DNA of 63,905 nucleotides, the filler included, from Octopus bimaculoides (Eukaryota): assembly GCF_001194135.2 (NCBI RefSeq). It is 6 parts of 6 records of this genome, joined end to end, with 100 filler letters (N's around TTAATTAATTAA, not from the genome) between each part and the next. Parts side by side here need not be neighbours in the genome. Positions count along the whole stretch, not along the records: positions 1 to 4,367 come from NC_069004.1; positions 4,468 to 19,412 come from NC_068998.1; 4 more parts are not named here. One strand, given 5' to 3'. The position numbers and the translations under genes were made by a program. Under the pieces are notes generated by a model. That model was not told the origin of the DNA and searched no databases. It saw nothing but the letters and a program-made list of their open reading frames with translations. Shown here piece by piece: positions 1 through 12,557 of this stretch. Numbering within the stretch: position 1 is the stretch's first letter; each line of letters begins with the position of its first letter.

Positions 1-361
1 TGGATAGGTACCGACAGCGAGTAGATAGGGCTCTTAATTGTAGATTTTAAATATTTGAGAGACAACAATGCATAAATCGTAATTTTTAAAAGAGCAATGA
101 ATTCTAGGTGAATAGAATATAACGTAGCATGAATTTAGGAAGCTTAGAAAATGAATAAGTATGAATTTAAGACAACAACTGAATTCAATTGAATTTCATG
201 GAGAGAAACAAGATAAATAATAGAGGGCAGACTAAAGCGCGAAGGTATGAGATGTTTGAAGCCGTAAATAAATAAATAAAAATCTCTATCTTATCTGCAT
301 CTTGGAGATTTCGTCGTAGTATGTCAGCGAGATATATATATATATATATTTATATATATAA

Positions 362-773
362 CCATGGACGTGCCACCTGGGTAGGCAAGGTAGGCACTGC
401 CAACCCTGAATGCAATAGATCAATAGTAATATTTTCCTTTTATGGCAAAATATGCACCTAATTCAATAAAATTGTGAAGGTTCCTCTGATTACTATCCAT
501 GAAATATCAAAATATTTTATATTTTTGTAGATTAGGTAGGCATAATTCACCCCTGCCTTTCAGTCTCAGTATTGAAGCTGTCCATAGAACTGCTGGGGTA
601 CACATGCTGCGTACATTCCTACAACAATGTTTTTCTTTATGCATTGTAAAGGCTGAAGTAAATCTGCCACCAACTTAGTCACGCGTTTATGTTCCGCTTA
701 TTTCTTTTGTCTGTTTTACTAGATAAACATCAGCAAGTGCCTACCCACAGTAATTAGGCATGGCACGTGTCTG
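362..773. mobile_element. Putative MITE inserted in a (TA)n tract
   Basis: Degenerate terminal inverted repeats (ACGTGCCA...GGGTAGGCA at the left; TGCCTACCC...TGGCACGT at the right). (TA)n on both sides, no ORF. Confidence 0.45.
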
Positions 774-795
774 ATATATATATATATATATATTG

Positions 796-918
796 GTTGG
801 TGTTAGGAAGGGCATTCAGCTGTAGAAACTCTGTCAAATCAGATTGGAGCCTGGTGTAGCCATCTGGTTCACTTGTCCAACCCATGCTAGCATGGAAAGC
901 GGACGTTAAACGATGATG
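796..918 (+). mobile_element. RTE-LINE 3'-tail repeat fragment
   Basis: GTTAGGAAGGGCAT(T/C)CAGCTGTAGAAAC...CCCATGCTAGCATGGAAAGCGGACGTTAAACGATGATGAT, recurring at many sites in the window. Confidence 0.75.
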
Positions 919-1489
919 ATATATTTATATATATATGTATATGTGTCTTTGTGTCTGTGTTTGTGTCCCTGTAACCTAGCAGCTCGGCAGAAGAGACTGA
1001 TAGAATAAGTACTAGTCTTAAGAAATAAGTACTGTGGTTGATTGATTTGACTAAAAAATTCAAAGGTAGTGCTCCAGCATGACTGCAGTCAAATGATTGA
1101 AACAAGTAAAAAAAAAATAAAAGAATAAAAGATTATCACCTAATTCAAACTCAATGCTTGAGGAATCAACTGTCCTTTTGCTAGAGAGTGAAAGACATAA
1201 ATATCCAAAGAAATTCATCCGATAAAAAAAGAAAAGAAAATTAACTGACAGGATAAAAACAGGAAGATCTTTTGACAAGAGATACTTTACAATACAAGGC
1301 TAAACTTTGTTTTTGACACAGGAGAGTGCTTAGTTCTTGATTCTTTTCCTCCAGACAACATCACTTCTCAAATTAGGGTTATATGCAGTTGAAGACTTGG
1401 AAGCAGCAGTGGTTCTTTGCAGTGCAAGACTATAATAGTGGAATTCATTTCTATGAAGCAACATTGCATAAAAGACTTGCTGTCTCATA

Positions 1490-2396
1490 CACACACACAC
1501 ACACACACACTCTTTTCCTTTCATATACACACTCTTTCATCAACATACATTCAAGCTCTACAGATCTTGACCTTAAATTTTATTGCCATCTGTCTCTAGT
1601 TCACATTGCTACCAGATATATTTCCATTGTTTTGCATTATTCCTTTTATCTGTTAAAATTAAAATTCTATTTTCTCTAATTTACCATTCTTTGAGCATAC
1701 TTGCATGCACACATATATGCATGCACACATATATGCATGCACACACACTTATAAGTACCCACATGCACATAGGCATCCCCAATACACACACACAAATACA
1801 TACACACACACACACACACACAACTACACACACACATGTATGCACATACACATACTCACAGCATACCCACAGGTATGCATGTATGCACACACAACCACAC
1901 ACATGCACACGCACACACACACACACACACACATACACACACACCCTGACCATGTCCATTGGAAATTATTTAAAATTTGATTTCTTAGAAAATTATTTAG
2001 AAATTACTTTTAATTCACCACATGCCTGCCTCATCAATAAACAAGGACACACACACACACACACACATATACACATGCTCAAATATACACACGCACACTC
2101 ACACATACCTATACATTCAAGTACACACATAAGTACATGCTCCAGTATGCCTGCACACACAAACACACAGCACCACACAAATTCACACATGCACACACAT
2201 ATACACACAATACATGCACTCACACAGCACACACTTACACACACTGATGCACAAAACACACAATACATAACAGACACACACACATACGTGTGTACATATA
2301 TCCACTCAGAACCAAATATCATCAAATTCTCCATACTAAATAGAAAATCCAAATAAATCCAACTAAAATTCAAATACATTAAAAATAATCCCTACT
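1490..2396. repeat. CA-rich degenerate microsatellite / low-complexity tract
   Basis: Interrupted (CA)n/(CATA)n arrays; the overlapping HT/CV-rich ORFs are their translations. Confidence 0.9.
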
Positions 2397-3699
2397 NNNN
2401 NNNNNNNNNNNNNNNNNNNNNNNNNNNNNNNNNNNNNNNNNNNNNNNNNNNNNNNNNNNNNNNNNNNNNNNNNNNNNNNNNNNNNNNNNNNNNNNNNNNN
2501 NNNNNNNNNNNNNNNNNNNNNNNNNNNNNNNNNNNNNNNNNNNNNNNNNNNNNNNNNNNNNNNNNNNNNNNNNNNNNNNNNNNNNNNNNNNNNNNNNNNN
2601 NNNNNNNNNNNNNNNNNNNNNNNNNNNNNNNNNNNNNNNNNNNNNNNNNNNNNNNNNNNNNNNNNNNNNNNNNNNNNNNNNNNNNNNNNNNNNNNNNNNN
2701 NNNNNNNNNNNNNNNNNNNNNNNNNNNNNNNNNNNNNNNNNNNNNNNNNNNNNNNNNNNNNNNNNNNNNNNNNNNNNNNNNNNNNNNNNNNNNNNNNNNN
2801 NNNNNNNNNNNNNNNNNNNNNNNNNNNNNNNNNNNNNNNNNNNNNNNNNNNNNNNNNNNNNNNNNNNNNNNNNNNNNNNNNNNNNNNNNNNNNNNNNNNN
2901 NNNNNNNNNNNNNNNNNNNNNNNNNNNNNNNNNNNNNNNNNNNNNNNNNNNNNNNNNNNNNNNNNNNNNNNNNNNNNNNNNNNNNNNNNNNNNNNNNNNN
3001 NNNNNNNNNNNNNNNNNNNNNNNNNNNNNNNNNNNNNNNNNNNNNNNNNNNNNNNNNNNNNNNNNNNNNNNNNNNNNNNNNNNNNNNNNNNNNNNNNNNN
3101 NNNNNNNNNNNNNNNNNNNNNNNNNNNNNNNNNNNNNNNNNNNNNNNNNNNNNNNNNNNNNNNNNNNNNNNNNNNNNNNNNNNNNNNNNNNNNNNNNNNN
3201 NNNNNNNNNNNNNNNNNNNNNNNNNNNNNNNNNNNNNNNNNNNNNNNNNNNNNNNNNNNNNNNNNNNNNNNNNNNNNNNNNNNNNNNNNNNNNNNNNNNN
3301 NNNNNNNNNNNNNNNNNNNNNNNNNNNNNNNNNNNNNNNNNNNNNNNNNNNNNNNNNNNNNNNNNNNNNNGATGGGCTGCTTTTAGTTTCTTTCTACCAG
3401 ATTCACTCACAAGGCTTTGGTCAGCCTGAGGCTATAGTAGGAAAGTGACTTGCCCAAGGTGCCATGGAGTAGGACTGAACTCAGAACCATGTGTTTGGGA
3501 AGCACACAACCAAGCCTGTGTTTATATATAGACCTGGTGAGTAAAGTGAGATCACAGCCGTAGCCTATACCAGTGTTGCATAACCAGCCCGTTTTAAAAG
3601 TACCCTTGAATCACTGGGCGATATGCTGCGCTTGAGAAGACCTTTTGAGCCAAGTAAAATCAAAATCAAAAGCAAATCAAGATCGAAATCAAAATTGCA

Positions 3700-4013
3700 C
3701 CTGTGCTGGTGGCATGTAATAAGCACCATTCAAGCATGGGTTGATGCTAGTGCCACCTGACTAGCTCCCCGTGCCAATGGCATGTAAAAAGCACCATTCA
3801 AATGTAGTTGATGCCAGTTCTCATCCCCTGCACGTAAAAAGCACCCACTACACTCTCAGAGTGGTTGGCTTTACGAAGGGCATCCAGCTGTAGGAAACCT
3901 GCCAGATCAGATTGGTGCCTGGCACAGCTTACTTGCTTGCCAGTCACCAGTCAAACAGTCCAACCCATGCCAACATGGAAAGCAGACATTAAACAATGAT
4001 GATGATGATGATG
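3700..4013 (+). mobile_element. RTE-LINE 3'-tail repeat with (GAT)n tail
   Basis: Same family as 796-918, longer copy with internal GGCATGTAAAAAGCACC subrepeats, ends in GATGATGAT. Confidence 0.75.
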
Positions 4014-4411
4014 TATATATATAAGTGCAAAATGCAAGAAAAGAGAAATAAGGAAAGCTTCTAAGAATGCAGAAAGCTTGACAAAAAAAAAAAAGAAACC
4101 TTTATATTTCAGGTGCCAATGCCGATCTTCAGAAGGAAGTAGTCAAAGATATGTGTATTTATATAGATTTTGTTATTTTTAACTGCTCAGTTTTTGGATT
4201 AGCAGCAGCAGCAGCAGTTCCCCCACTGTTGTCTGTAGTTGTTGTGACATATTTCCATGTAGTGACAGTGGTGGTGGGAGATGGTGTTGGTAGTGTATGA
4301 TTGTGTGTTAGTTTTCTACCTCTGTCCTATAATGCTTCATATGAACTACAATGCTCATATATATATANNNNNNNNNNNNNNNNNNNNNNNNNNNNNNNNN
4401 NNNNNNNNNNN

Positions 4412-4423
4412 TTAATTAATTAA
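4412..4423. other. Assembly spacer TTAATTAATTAA inside an N-run (also 19457-19468, 38974-38985, about 59618-59629, 62145-62156)
   Basis: Identical 12-mer centred in about 100 nt of N five times; it places stop codons in all six frames, so it is an artificial gap marker. Confidence 0.92.
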
Positions 4424-4487
4424 NNNNNNNNNNNNNNNNNNNNNNNNNNNNNNNNNNNNNNNNNNNNGGTTATACATCTTTAGATTG

Positions 4488-4780
4488 TATACCTGACTTT
4501 CTACTATAAAATTAAAGAAATAGACGGAACGCTGAACTCCAGACTAAACAACTCAAACAACATTTATTTAGGTGGTAAAACATACATATCTTTAGTTATA
4601 CATCTTTAGAGGTTAGAATAACGAGCTGTCGAGTATAAGACCGAAAGATGTAGAGACAGCTTTAAACACACGTCCATGCTCAATCGCTGGCCAGCGAGAA
4701 AGAGAATGAATTGAGCGGGAAACGCTTGCTTGTTTAATTCTACGCATGCGTAAGACTACGCATGCGCAGGCGTTACTACA
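4488..4780 (-). mobile_element. LTR-like fragment (probable solo LTR of an LTR retrotransposon)
   Basis: Minus strand begins TGTAGT, contains AATAAA and internal short direct repeats (GTTATACATCTTTAGA twice); the other end is lost in the gap. Confidence 0.5.
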
Positions 4781-5846
4781 CATGTCTGAACTAGGGGAAA
4801 ATATATCCTTGCTTAGAAACAGTTGAAGTTTGGCAACAGGAAAAGTATCCAGCTATTGAAACTGCCTCAGCAAATTGCATCTGAGCCTATGTGAGCATAG
4901 AAAAGTAGATATTAAAATGAAAGCCTGCAACATATTAGTAATTGGAATTATTTGCTAACGTTTAATGTAGGCTAATAGAATTGTGGCCAACAAAACTGCT
5001 GGGAGGGGAGGAGGAAACTGGGGAACTTGCCCAAGTGCTTACAACAAAGAAGTTTCCACAGAAGGTACCAAAAAGTACCAGTTGGTGGAATGAAACCAGG
5101 TGAAGGATCAAGTGTACCAACCATGTAGGCTACGGTGGCATTTGAACTCTGAATGCAAAGATCTGAACCAAATACTGCCAAGCATCTGGTCTGATGTTGT
5201 TACACTTCTGCTAATTCATCATACTGGTTTGGTACTTTGTGAACCCTTCAGAAAGGATGAAAGACAATGTTGAGCTTGACAGGATTTAGACTGAAACAGA
5301 GTGAATTGATTAACAAATGCCATGAAATATTTTATCTGACACTCTACTGATGTAACAACCTATTGGAATTATGGACAACTCTGTAGTATGTCAACTAATG
5401 AAATTAAAGCTTACAGTTGGATATGTAGACTAAGGAAATGATGTGTGTGTGGTAAATGGAATTATGGCCAGCACTGTATGTAGGTCACAGTATTGGCCAT
5501 AATTCCATTACCCCATATTTACACTGGACATGATCCCATTAGCCAATATACATATACACATACATATACCTTCAAACACACACACACACACAATGGGCTT
5601 CTTTCCATTTCTATCTACCAAAACAGTCATTTTGGAGTTATGGTAAAATAAACTTGCTCCAAGTGTGGCATAGTGAGTCTGATTACAAACTGGTTTTGCA
5701 AAGCAAACTTCAACTTCATTAGTCCACATTCTGCAGTTTGTGGTCATAATTCCATGGTTGTTCATATTGCCATTAACTTAAATATTAAACTATTTCCCCT
5801 CATTAACCAACACACTAATAGTTTTATTTTAACATTTTACCTGCAG

Positions 5847-6046
5847 GCCCAGTTACTGGTCTTTGGGAAAAAGATTACAACTTAGGAATCAAGAAAGCCT
5901 TTGAGAATGCTGTGCAAAGAGGATTTTTGAAAGTCAAAGATCGAGTTCTGCTGGTGCGTGGTTGGACTGAAGGCAGTGGTTCTACTGATACAATGTGTGT
6001 GGCTACAGTACCTGGTGAAAATGATTCTCTTCCAATGACATATTAG
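5847..6046 (+). CDS. Pyruvate kinase-like protein, terminal coding exon (divergent paralogue)
   Basis: TTTTACCTGCAG acceptor, phase 1; xPVTGLWEKDYNLGIKKAFENAVQRGFLKVKDRVLLVRGWTEGSGSTDTMCVATVPGENDSLPMTY* aligns ungapped to the PK C domain (W..D..., RGF, GW.xGSG.T.T). AATAAA at 6227-6232. Confidence 0.85.
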
Positions 6047-6899
6047 ATAATTCTTTTTTCTTTAAAGCTTGTCAAGTGAAAATTTATTTTATTGATTATT
6101 GAAGCTATTTCTTCTTAAAATGATATTGGAATGTATAAGTTCAAGGGACCATCTTCCTTTAGTTAGCATACTTGTTTGAGGAACAAGCAAATATGCTAAT
6201 TTGCTAACTCTAGTAAGATTGATGTAAATAAAACTTATTAATACTATACTCAAACCAGACTATGTTTAAATTATAAAGTAATATCGTTGTGAAACTGCTG
6301 TGCTGACCACTTTGTAGGATACTAAATTTAATTCTGTTTTGAACCTTACTATAATTTTGTTAACATTTTAACTACCAACAAAAAAAAATCCATTTAAATA
6401 TGAATGTAGTACTAATTAAAAAGATATGGTATTCACAGCTGAGAGTCTTTTAACCATAGCTCTGCTCAAACAGATTTGATATGAATGATTCTTAATTTAG
6501 GCACAATGCTAACAATTTTGAGGGAGGGGATTAATTGAAACCATTGATCCCAATACCTGAATGGTTTTTTTCTTATTATATTGACCTCAAAGACAATCAA
6601 AGGCAAAGATGACTTTAGTAGGATTTGAACTCAGAACATAAAGAGCTGAAACAAACACTGTTCGGTATTTTCTCTAGTGCTCTAATAATTCTGCCAGCTT
6701 GTAATACGACTTTTTCAACCAAAGCTGGTAGCATAAATCTTATTTCTAAAACTAACAAGGACAATTCAAAGCTTCTTGGAGTGTCACTTCAGATTTGCAC
6801 TGTAAAAGTACATATCCTTGTCCAACTAGACACATTAGCACTTATGTTGTTTGTATAATAACTTTTCACAAAGACAGCTTTATAATCTACAACTAAATG

Positions 6900-7700
6900 A
6901 TTCTTGGAGTTTGAGAATTTATGACACATTTTTGAAATATTGTGTACAGTATTTGAGAGGCATTGGAGGAAGATCACCACATAAAGGTGGTAGCGCTTGC
7001 CTGCAAGAGACAGTTAATACAGTAAAATCTGGAGCAAAGAAGATCCATCCTGTAAGCAGTGTGGAGTAACATTTTATACCCTGAACACATTTTAACTCGA
7101 TGCCCTAGGGCACCAGGAGAAGATGGAGACAAATGGAAGTTCAGTAACATCCTTAGAAAAGTTGCCAAGTGAAATGACTTGCAGAGAATTAATACCAACA
7201 AACAATAGGCATCACCCACAAAAGTATTAGATTCCTAAGAAGAGGTAACAAAACTTCAAAAAGCAAAAATAGCTTAGAGACACTTTCTATAAGACTGACT
7301 GAAGGCTGGAAGTAGATTTGAAAGGAAGACTCATCTATCTGGAAGAGGTGATAATACCAATACTCCATCATGTACAGCCTGTCTAGGAGCACAAAAGCAA
7401 TTACCATGGCCAAACTCATGGTGTCTTGGGAGGACAGACTTGACATTTCTCACTAACTGAAGAAATCCAAATAGCAGAATGTGGTTGATGAAACTCGTGT
7501 CAAAGAATGGGATGCAGGGCCATTCCTCCATTAAAGTTAATTGTTAGTTTCCCAGCATGATTACTGCACTATTTCTTGCAGAAGATTGGTTTAAGACCCG
7601 GGTAACTTCAAAGAGCACTGAGGAGATGGCAGCTGAAACCAGTTCGAGGTGGTTGACAAAAGCACAGATAGAAACACTTTTGTAAATGAAGGTTAATAAT
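6900..7700 (+). mobile_element. Degenerate RLE-type non-LTR retrotransposon 3' region (HERO/NeSL-like)
   Basis: Frameshifted CKQCG...HILTRCPRA zinc knuckle, KLMVSWEDRLDISH (cf. ELTVPWEE), AAETSSRW C-terminus. Confidence 0.65.
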
Positions 7701-8349
7701 TCACTTTTTGTTGTTCCACTCGGGTGAAGCAAACAAGCTAAAGGGCAAAACACTTGTGACAGCCCAAAATACAGACTAAAGCCATTGCATCAGTACAAAA
7801 GCTTAAGTCACCATCAAGAGAAGGAGCCAGTAATATCTTTAAGTAGCTCCTACAGTTTCTGCCTAGGGCAAAACATCTGACGTTTATTTAACTCATATTC
7901 TATGAAAACTAAAAAATAAATGAAAAAAATATAGAAAATGGTTCCAGTAAGAGATCTAGGATTTGAAATGTAAATAATATACAAGAGTCAAGTCAAATAT
8001 TGTACAGATTTATATCGGAGATATAGTGTGGCATTGAATGAAGATATTACTAAACATCTGTTTACAGTAGTTTAGTAACTGCCAAAAAATTCATTTTAAT
8101 GTTTAAAATGTCCACTTACTCATGAGTGGACAAATGAAAGAAAGTGGTCCTCTACACATTTGGTAGGACTTATGTATATTATTCAATAAGTTTGACTCAG
8201 CCTCATGCAACTTAATGATTCATAGAACAAATGTAACTCATCAGGCATCTCAATATAGCTATCTGACAAGTTCCGTTTGTTCTACAAGCTTACAAAACTA
8301 AGTTGCACAAAGCTGAGTCAAACCTGTAATTAAATAATGCACACACATT

Positions 8350-9160
8350 AATATATATCAAAAAGTTCTTGGACTAGTTATGTTTAATAACCTTCAAAAT
8401 AGTCACTTTGCACTGCAATATACTGGACCCAGCATTTTTCTGCCATTTTTTAAATCCAGCCTAGAAGTCAAAGGTGTTAAAATGCAACCTTTGAGCTGCA
8501 TTTTCTTCTTGGGGAAGAGATGAAAGTCCACAGGTACTAAATCTGGTGAATAGGGTGAGTGTGGAAGCAATACCATGTTGCTTTTGGTGAGAAACTCACA
8601 AGTGAGGAGAGCTTGGTGACAGGGTGCATTGTTGTTGTGAAGAATCCAGTTCTTCACAATCCACAAATCCAGTTGTTTCTCCCAAATGTCCTCCCTCAGA
8701 CGCTTCAAAATGTTGATCATCCTCCAACAATCCTCACACACAAGCTGATGAATTTTCTCCACATTACTATGGGTGACACTCATAGCAGGTCTTCCAGATC
8801 ATTCATTGTCTTCCAGAGTTGTTCTGCTTTTGAAGTACCTGTGCCACTTGAAACATTGTATGTGACTCATTGCTGTAAGCTTGCCAAAGCATACTCAATG
8901 TTTCTGTAGCAGACTTTCCAAGTTTAATGCACAATTTCATATTAGCTCCTTGTTCCAACTTCCTGCCCATGACAAAAATCACAGACTACAGCATAGACAC
9001 ATGATCACAAATTTTACACCTTGCAAAGTAAACACGGCAATGTCACTCAGCACACTTCTTCATGAAGGTCACTGCTAGTTCTCACTGTACACACAATCAT
9101 AGGCTATCATCTGTTGGCATGCTACAGAACTAGTGTGGGAACTTCTTGATACCTCATGTA
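8350..9160 (-). mobile_element. Internally deleted mariner transposon
   Basis: ORF 8403-8783 has WILHNNNAPCH and HSPYSPDLVPVDFHLFP (mariner HDNAxxH / YSPDLAPxD). Inverted ends ATCAAAAAGTTCTTGGACTAGT / ACTAGTGTGGGAACTTCTTGAT. Confidence 0.85.
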
Positions 9161-9417
9161 TATATATAAATATATATACATATTTAACCAAGATAGAGCA
9201 GGCTTGAACAACATGCCTAAGACATCTTAGTATATCTAGCAAGACATCCCCTTCTTTATGCATGTACCTGATATGACAAACTGCATAGGTAGATGCTACA
9301 CTATTAGATGCACAAAAACCTATCTATAAGTGATAGTTGCAGGATGAGTCGAAACAATTGTCATACTGAATAAAGGTGCCAAATGCATCTTCTCCAATTG
9401 TACTACACACATACATG

Positions 9418-9655
9418 TGTGGTCTGATCAATAAGTGTCCGGGCTGTTGCCATAGTAATGAAACTAAAGCATGCAGAGTGAAGTTTTAATGTTCTTGCTC
9501 ACTTCTGCTGTAAACAGCAGAAGTGAGCAAGAACGCTAAAATTTAGTGCACATGCACAGCAGAGTTCAAGGTCAATCTGTACCAAGCAGCTGCACTCTGC
9601 ATGCTTTAGCTTCGTTACTTTGGCAACAGTTCGGATACTTATTGATCAGACCTCG
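9418..9655. mobile_element. Mariner-type fold-back MITE
   Basis: About 60-bp TIRs (GGTCTGATCAATAAGT.TCCG..CTGTTGCC..AGTAA.GAA.CTAAAGCATGCAGAGTG), TA at the right flank, internal perfect 21-bp hairpin 9491-9534. Confidence 0.8.
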
Positions 9656-11491
9656 TATATATAGATATTTGTCAGGAATAAATATTTGCTTTGAGAAAAC
9701 TAAAAATCAAATAAACATGTTATGTTCAATTTTATATTCTTTTAGTTTCTGTAGACAATGTAATTTATTATAAATATTAAAAACTATCCAAGAATCTTGT
9801 ACATTTTGGTAGGTGGATTTTTCAAAAATGGAAGAAAAAAANNNNNNNNNNNNNNNNNNNNNNNNNNNNNNNNNNNNNNNNNNNNNNNNNNNNNNNNNNN
9901 NNNNNNNNNNNNNNNNNNNNNNNNNNNNNNNNNNNNNNNNNNNNNNNNNNNNNNNNNNNNNNNNNNNNNNNNNNNNNNNNNNNNNNNNNNNNNNNNNNNN
10001 NNNNNNNNNNNNNNNNNNNNNNNNNNNNNNNNNNNNNNNNNNNNNNNNNNNNNNNNNNNNNNNNNNNNNNNNNNNNNNNNNNNNNNNNNNNNNNNNNNNN
10101 NNNNNNNNNNNNNNNNNNNNNNNNNNNNNNNNNNNNNNNNNNNNNNNNNNNNNNNNNNNNNNNNNNNNNNNNNNNNNNNNNNNNNNNNNNNNNNNNNNNN
10201 NNNNNNNNNNNNNNNNNNNNNNNNNNNNNNNNNNNNNNNNNNNNNNNNNNNNNNNNNNNNNNNNNNNNNNNNNNNNNNNNNNNNNNNNNNNNNNNNNNNN
10301 NNNNNNNNNNNNNNNNNNNNNNNNNNNNNNNNNNNNNNNNNNNNNNNNNNNNNNNNNNNNNNNNNNNNNNNNNNNNNNNNNNNNNNNNNNNNNNNNNNNN
10401 NNNNNNNNNNNNNNNNNNCCCAATGTAAATACGATTTTGCTACAGAAATCTATCAGCAAATAAATTTATTGAGCTTAGCATAACTACAATCAGCAAGTAA
10501 AAGACATTGCTTTATAAGACACCAAATTAAAAAAAAAAAAAATTGCTGTGGTAGAGTTTTATAAGAAAAAAGAAAAGGCATGTAACAACTTTTAATAAAT
10601 TTTATGAATCCGAGAGCAGTAAGACTGATTGAGATGGACCATATTCTATATAGTACATGTTAATGCTTTTCTTTGCCCAAATAAAACAAAAAACTAGCAG
10701 CAACACTATTATTGATTACAGAAGATTGCTTTGTCCAATGATTTTCACCTTATTACAATTTTTTTTTAGTCTGTCATCGAGAGTACAAATGTTAACTTAA
10801 AATCATCTAAGCAGCTGAATGCTAACTAGAAACTGCAAATTAAGATTATACTTTTCAGGAATTAAATGTCATTTTATATGTATTAGAAGAATTAATTTTC
10901 CTATCTTAAAATTTTGATTAACAATCATTAATCATAAGACAGTATATAAGTGGTCAATTTTATTGTCAATGGCAGTAACCCTGTCCAATACTGTAAGAAG
11001 CTGTCTTTGTAGACAGTAACATAATGTCTTCAAAATCATCAAGGAACAAAATAGTCATTTTTTTTCTCTAATTTGATTTAACTTATACTTAAACAAATGA
11101 TTAACCTTGATATATTTAAATGTATTGACTGTAAAATGAATTAAAACATTAAAAAGGTGGAAAGCATTACATAAAAAAAAGAAAATTTTTACATGGTAAC
11201 AATACACATGTCAGCTCAAGCAGCAAAATAGTGACATAACAGAAACAAGAGAATAACTTAACCTATCAATATATCAGTCTTAGACAAATTAGATCTTTAT
11301 AAAAAAGGATTCTTCCTGTAAAAAGTCCATACCAAATTATATGCATATCAATCTCTCTCTCTAATATACCCTTTTGAATTTGAGGGATTTCAGTTCATGA
11401 TTTTTTTCTTCTTAGAACCACTTTTGGTTTCGTTCCTGCCAACAAGTAGACAGCTACTTACTCATAAATACACATGCATATATACATATCT

Positions 11492-11552
<61 letters not shown>

Positions 11553-11844
11553 CATACATACACATACATCTTAAGTGAATTATATGCAGAAGTAAACTAT
11601 CTGAAGTAGTTCTTCAAAAACCACTGAAAGATAAATATAAAAACCAACAAGAAGGGCACAAGAAAAAAAATAGAAAAGACCCATGTAAACCAGTTTTCTC
11701 AATAGAAAATAATGCAAAACTGCAAGAAGTATACTGATTGGATGATAACCAACTGCTTATGCAAAATCCAATTAGTAAATGTTGTTGAAAGAATAAATTC
11801 TGAGCTTTTACTAGAGAATGAACCAAGTGTTAACAGGAAAAAAG

Positions 11845-11888
11845 CTACCATTGTACTAGGTGAACTTTTCCTTTGAAATTCACATATC
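11845..11888 (-). CDS. Putative terminal exon of uncharacterised minus-strand gene X
   Basis: TTTTACTTTTGTTTCAAATCAG acceptor, phase 1: (G)YVNFKGKVHLVQW*; phase matches the donor at 13859. Confidence 0.45.
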
Positions 11889-12502
11889 CTGATTTGAAAC
11901 AAAAGTAAAATATTAGTCTGACTACAAATATTATTCCTAACTATTTCATTTGTTCTTCATATATGTACCTAATAAGGAGAAAAGTTCAAATTGTTATTCA
12001 ACTGCACTTTGAAGAAGAGTAATAAAAAATAACTTCAGAAGAATTAAAGCTAAATTCTTTTGAAAGGCTCATTTTCCAAATTCTTGTAATATTGTGTCTG
12101 TATCAATTAAACAAAAAGAAAAATTTATTAACTACATACAGAATGGAGGCAAGCAAAGACTACAATTAAATTCACCCTAAAAAATATTAGCATCATCACT
12201 TATTTACTATTTAAAAGATATATATAAAATACATGTAATTTTGAAAACATTCTCAATAACTTGTCCAGCCTTTCTACTTCACACCACTTTCATTAAAATA
12301 TAAAGCCCTTTCAGTTCTCAAATGAAGAGGCAAAGAATAAACCACCATTAACGAAACTATTTTCTATCAAAGTCACTGTTTTCAATGTTATAGCTTAAAC
12401 AAATCTGAAAATGCCATTTCCCAATTTTATATTAACTTACTCTTGTGCTTATTTAATATCAACAAGTATTATTATTACTAATATATATGTATGCATGCAT
12501 AT

Positions 12503-12557
<55 letters not shown>

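Noticed and set aside
1355-1458. Possible penultimate exon of the + strand PK (ends YNSGIHFYE, cf. [10 protein letters not shown])
   Set aside because: No single open frame, no YRP motif, 104 nt rather than 119 nt, and no GT donor.
1583-2379. HT/CV/YI-rich ORFs (also at 11.4, 20.0, 29.3, 33.4, 35.0 and 51.7 kb) and poly-M/I/L/R ORFs (28.3, 30.4 and 63.5 kb)
   Set aside because: Translations of microsatellites and minisatellites.
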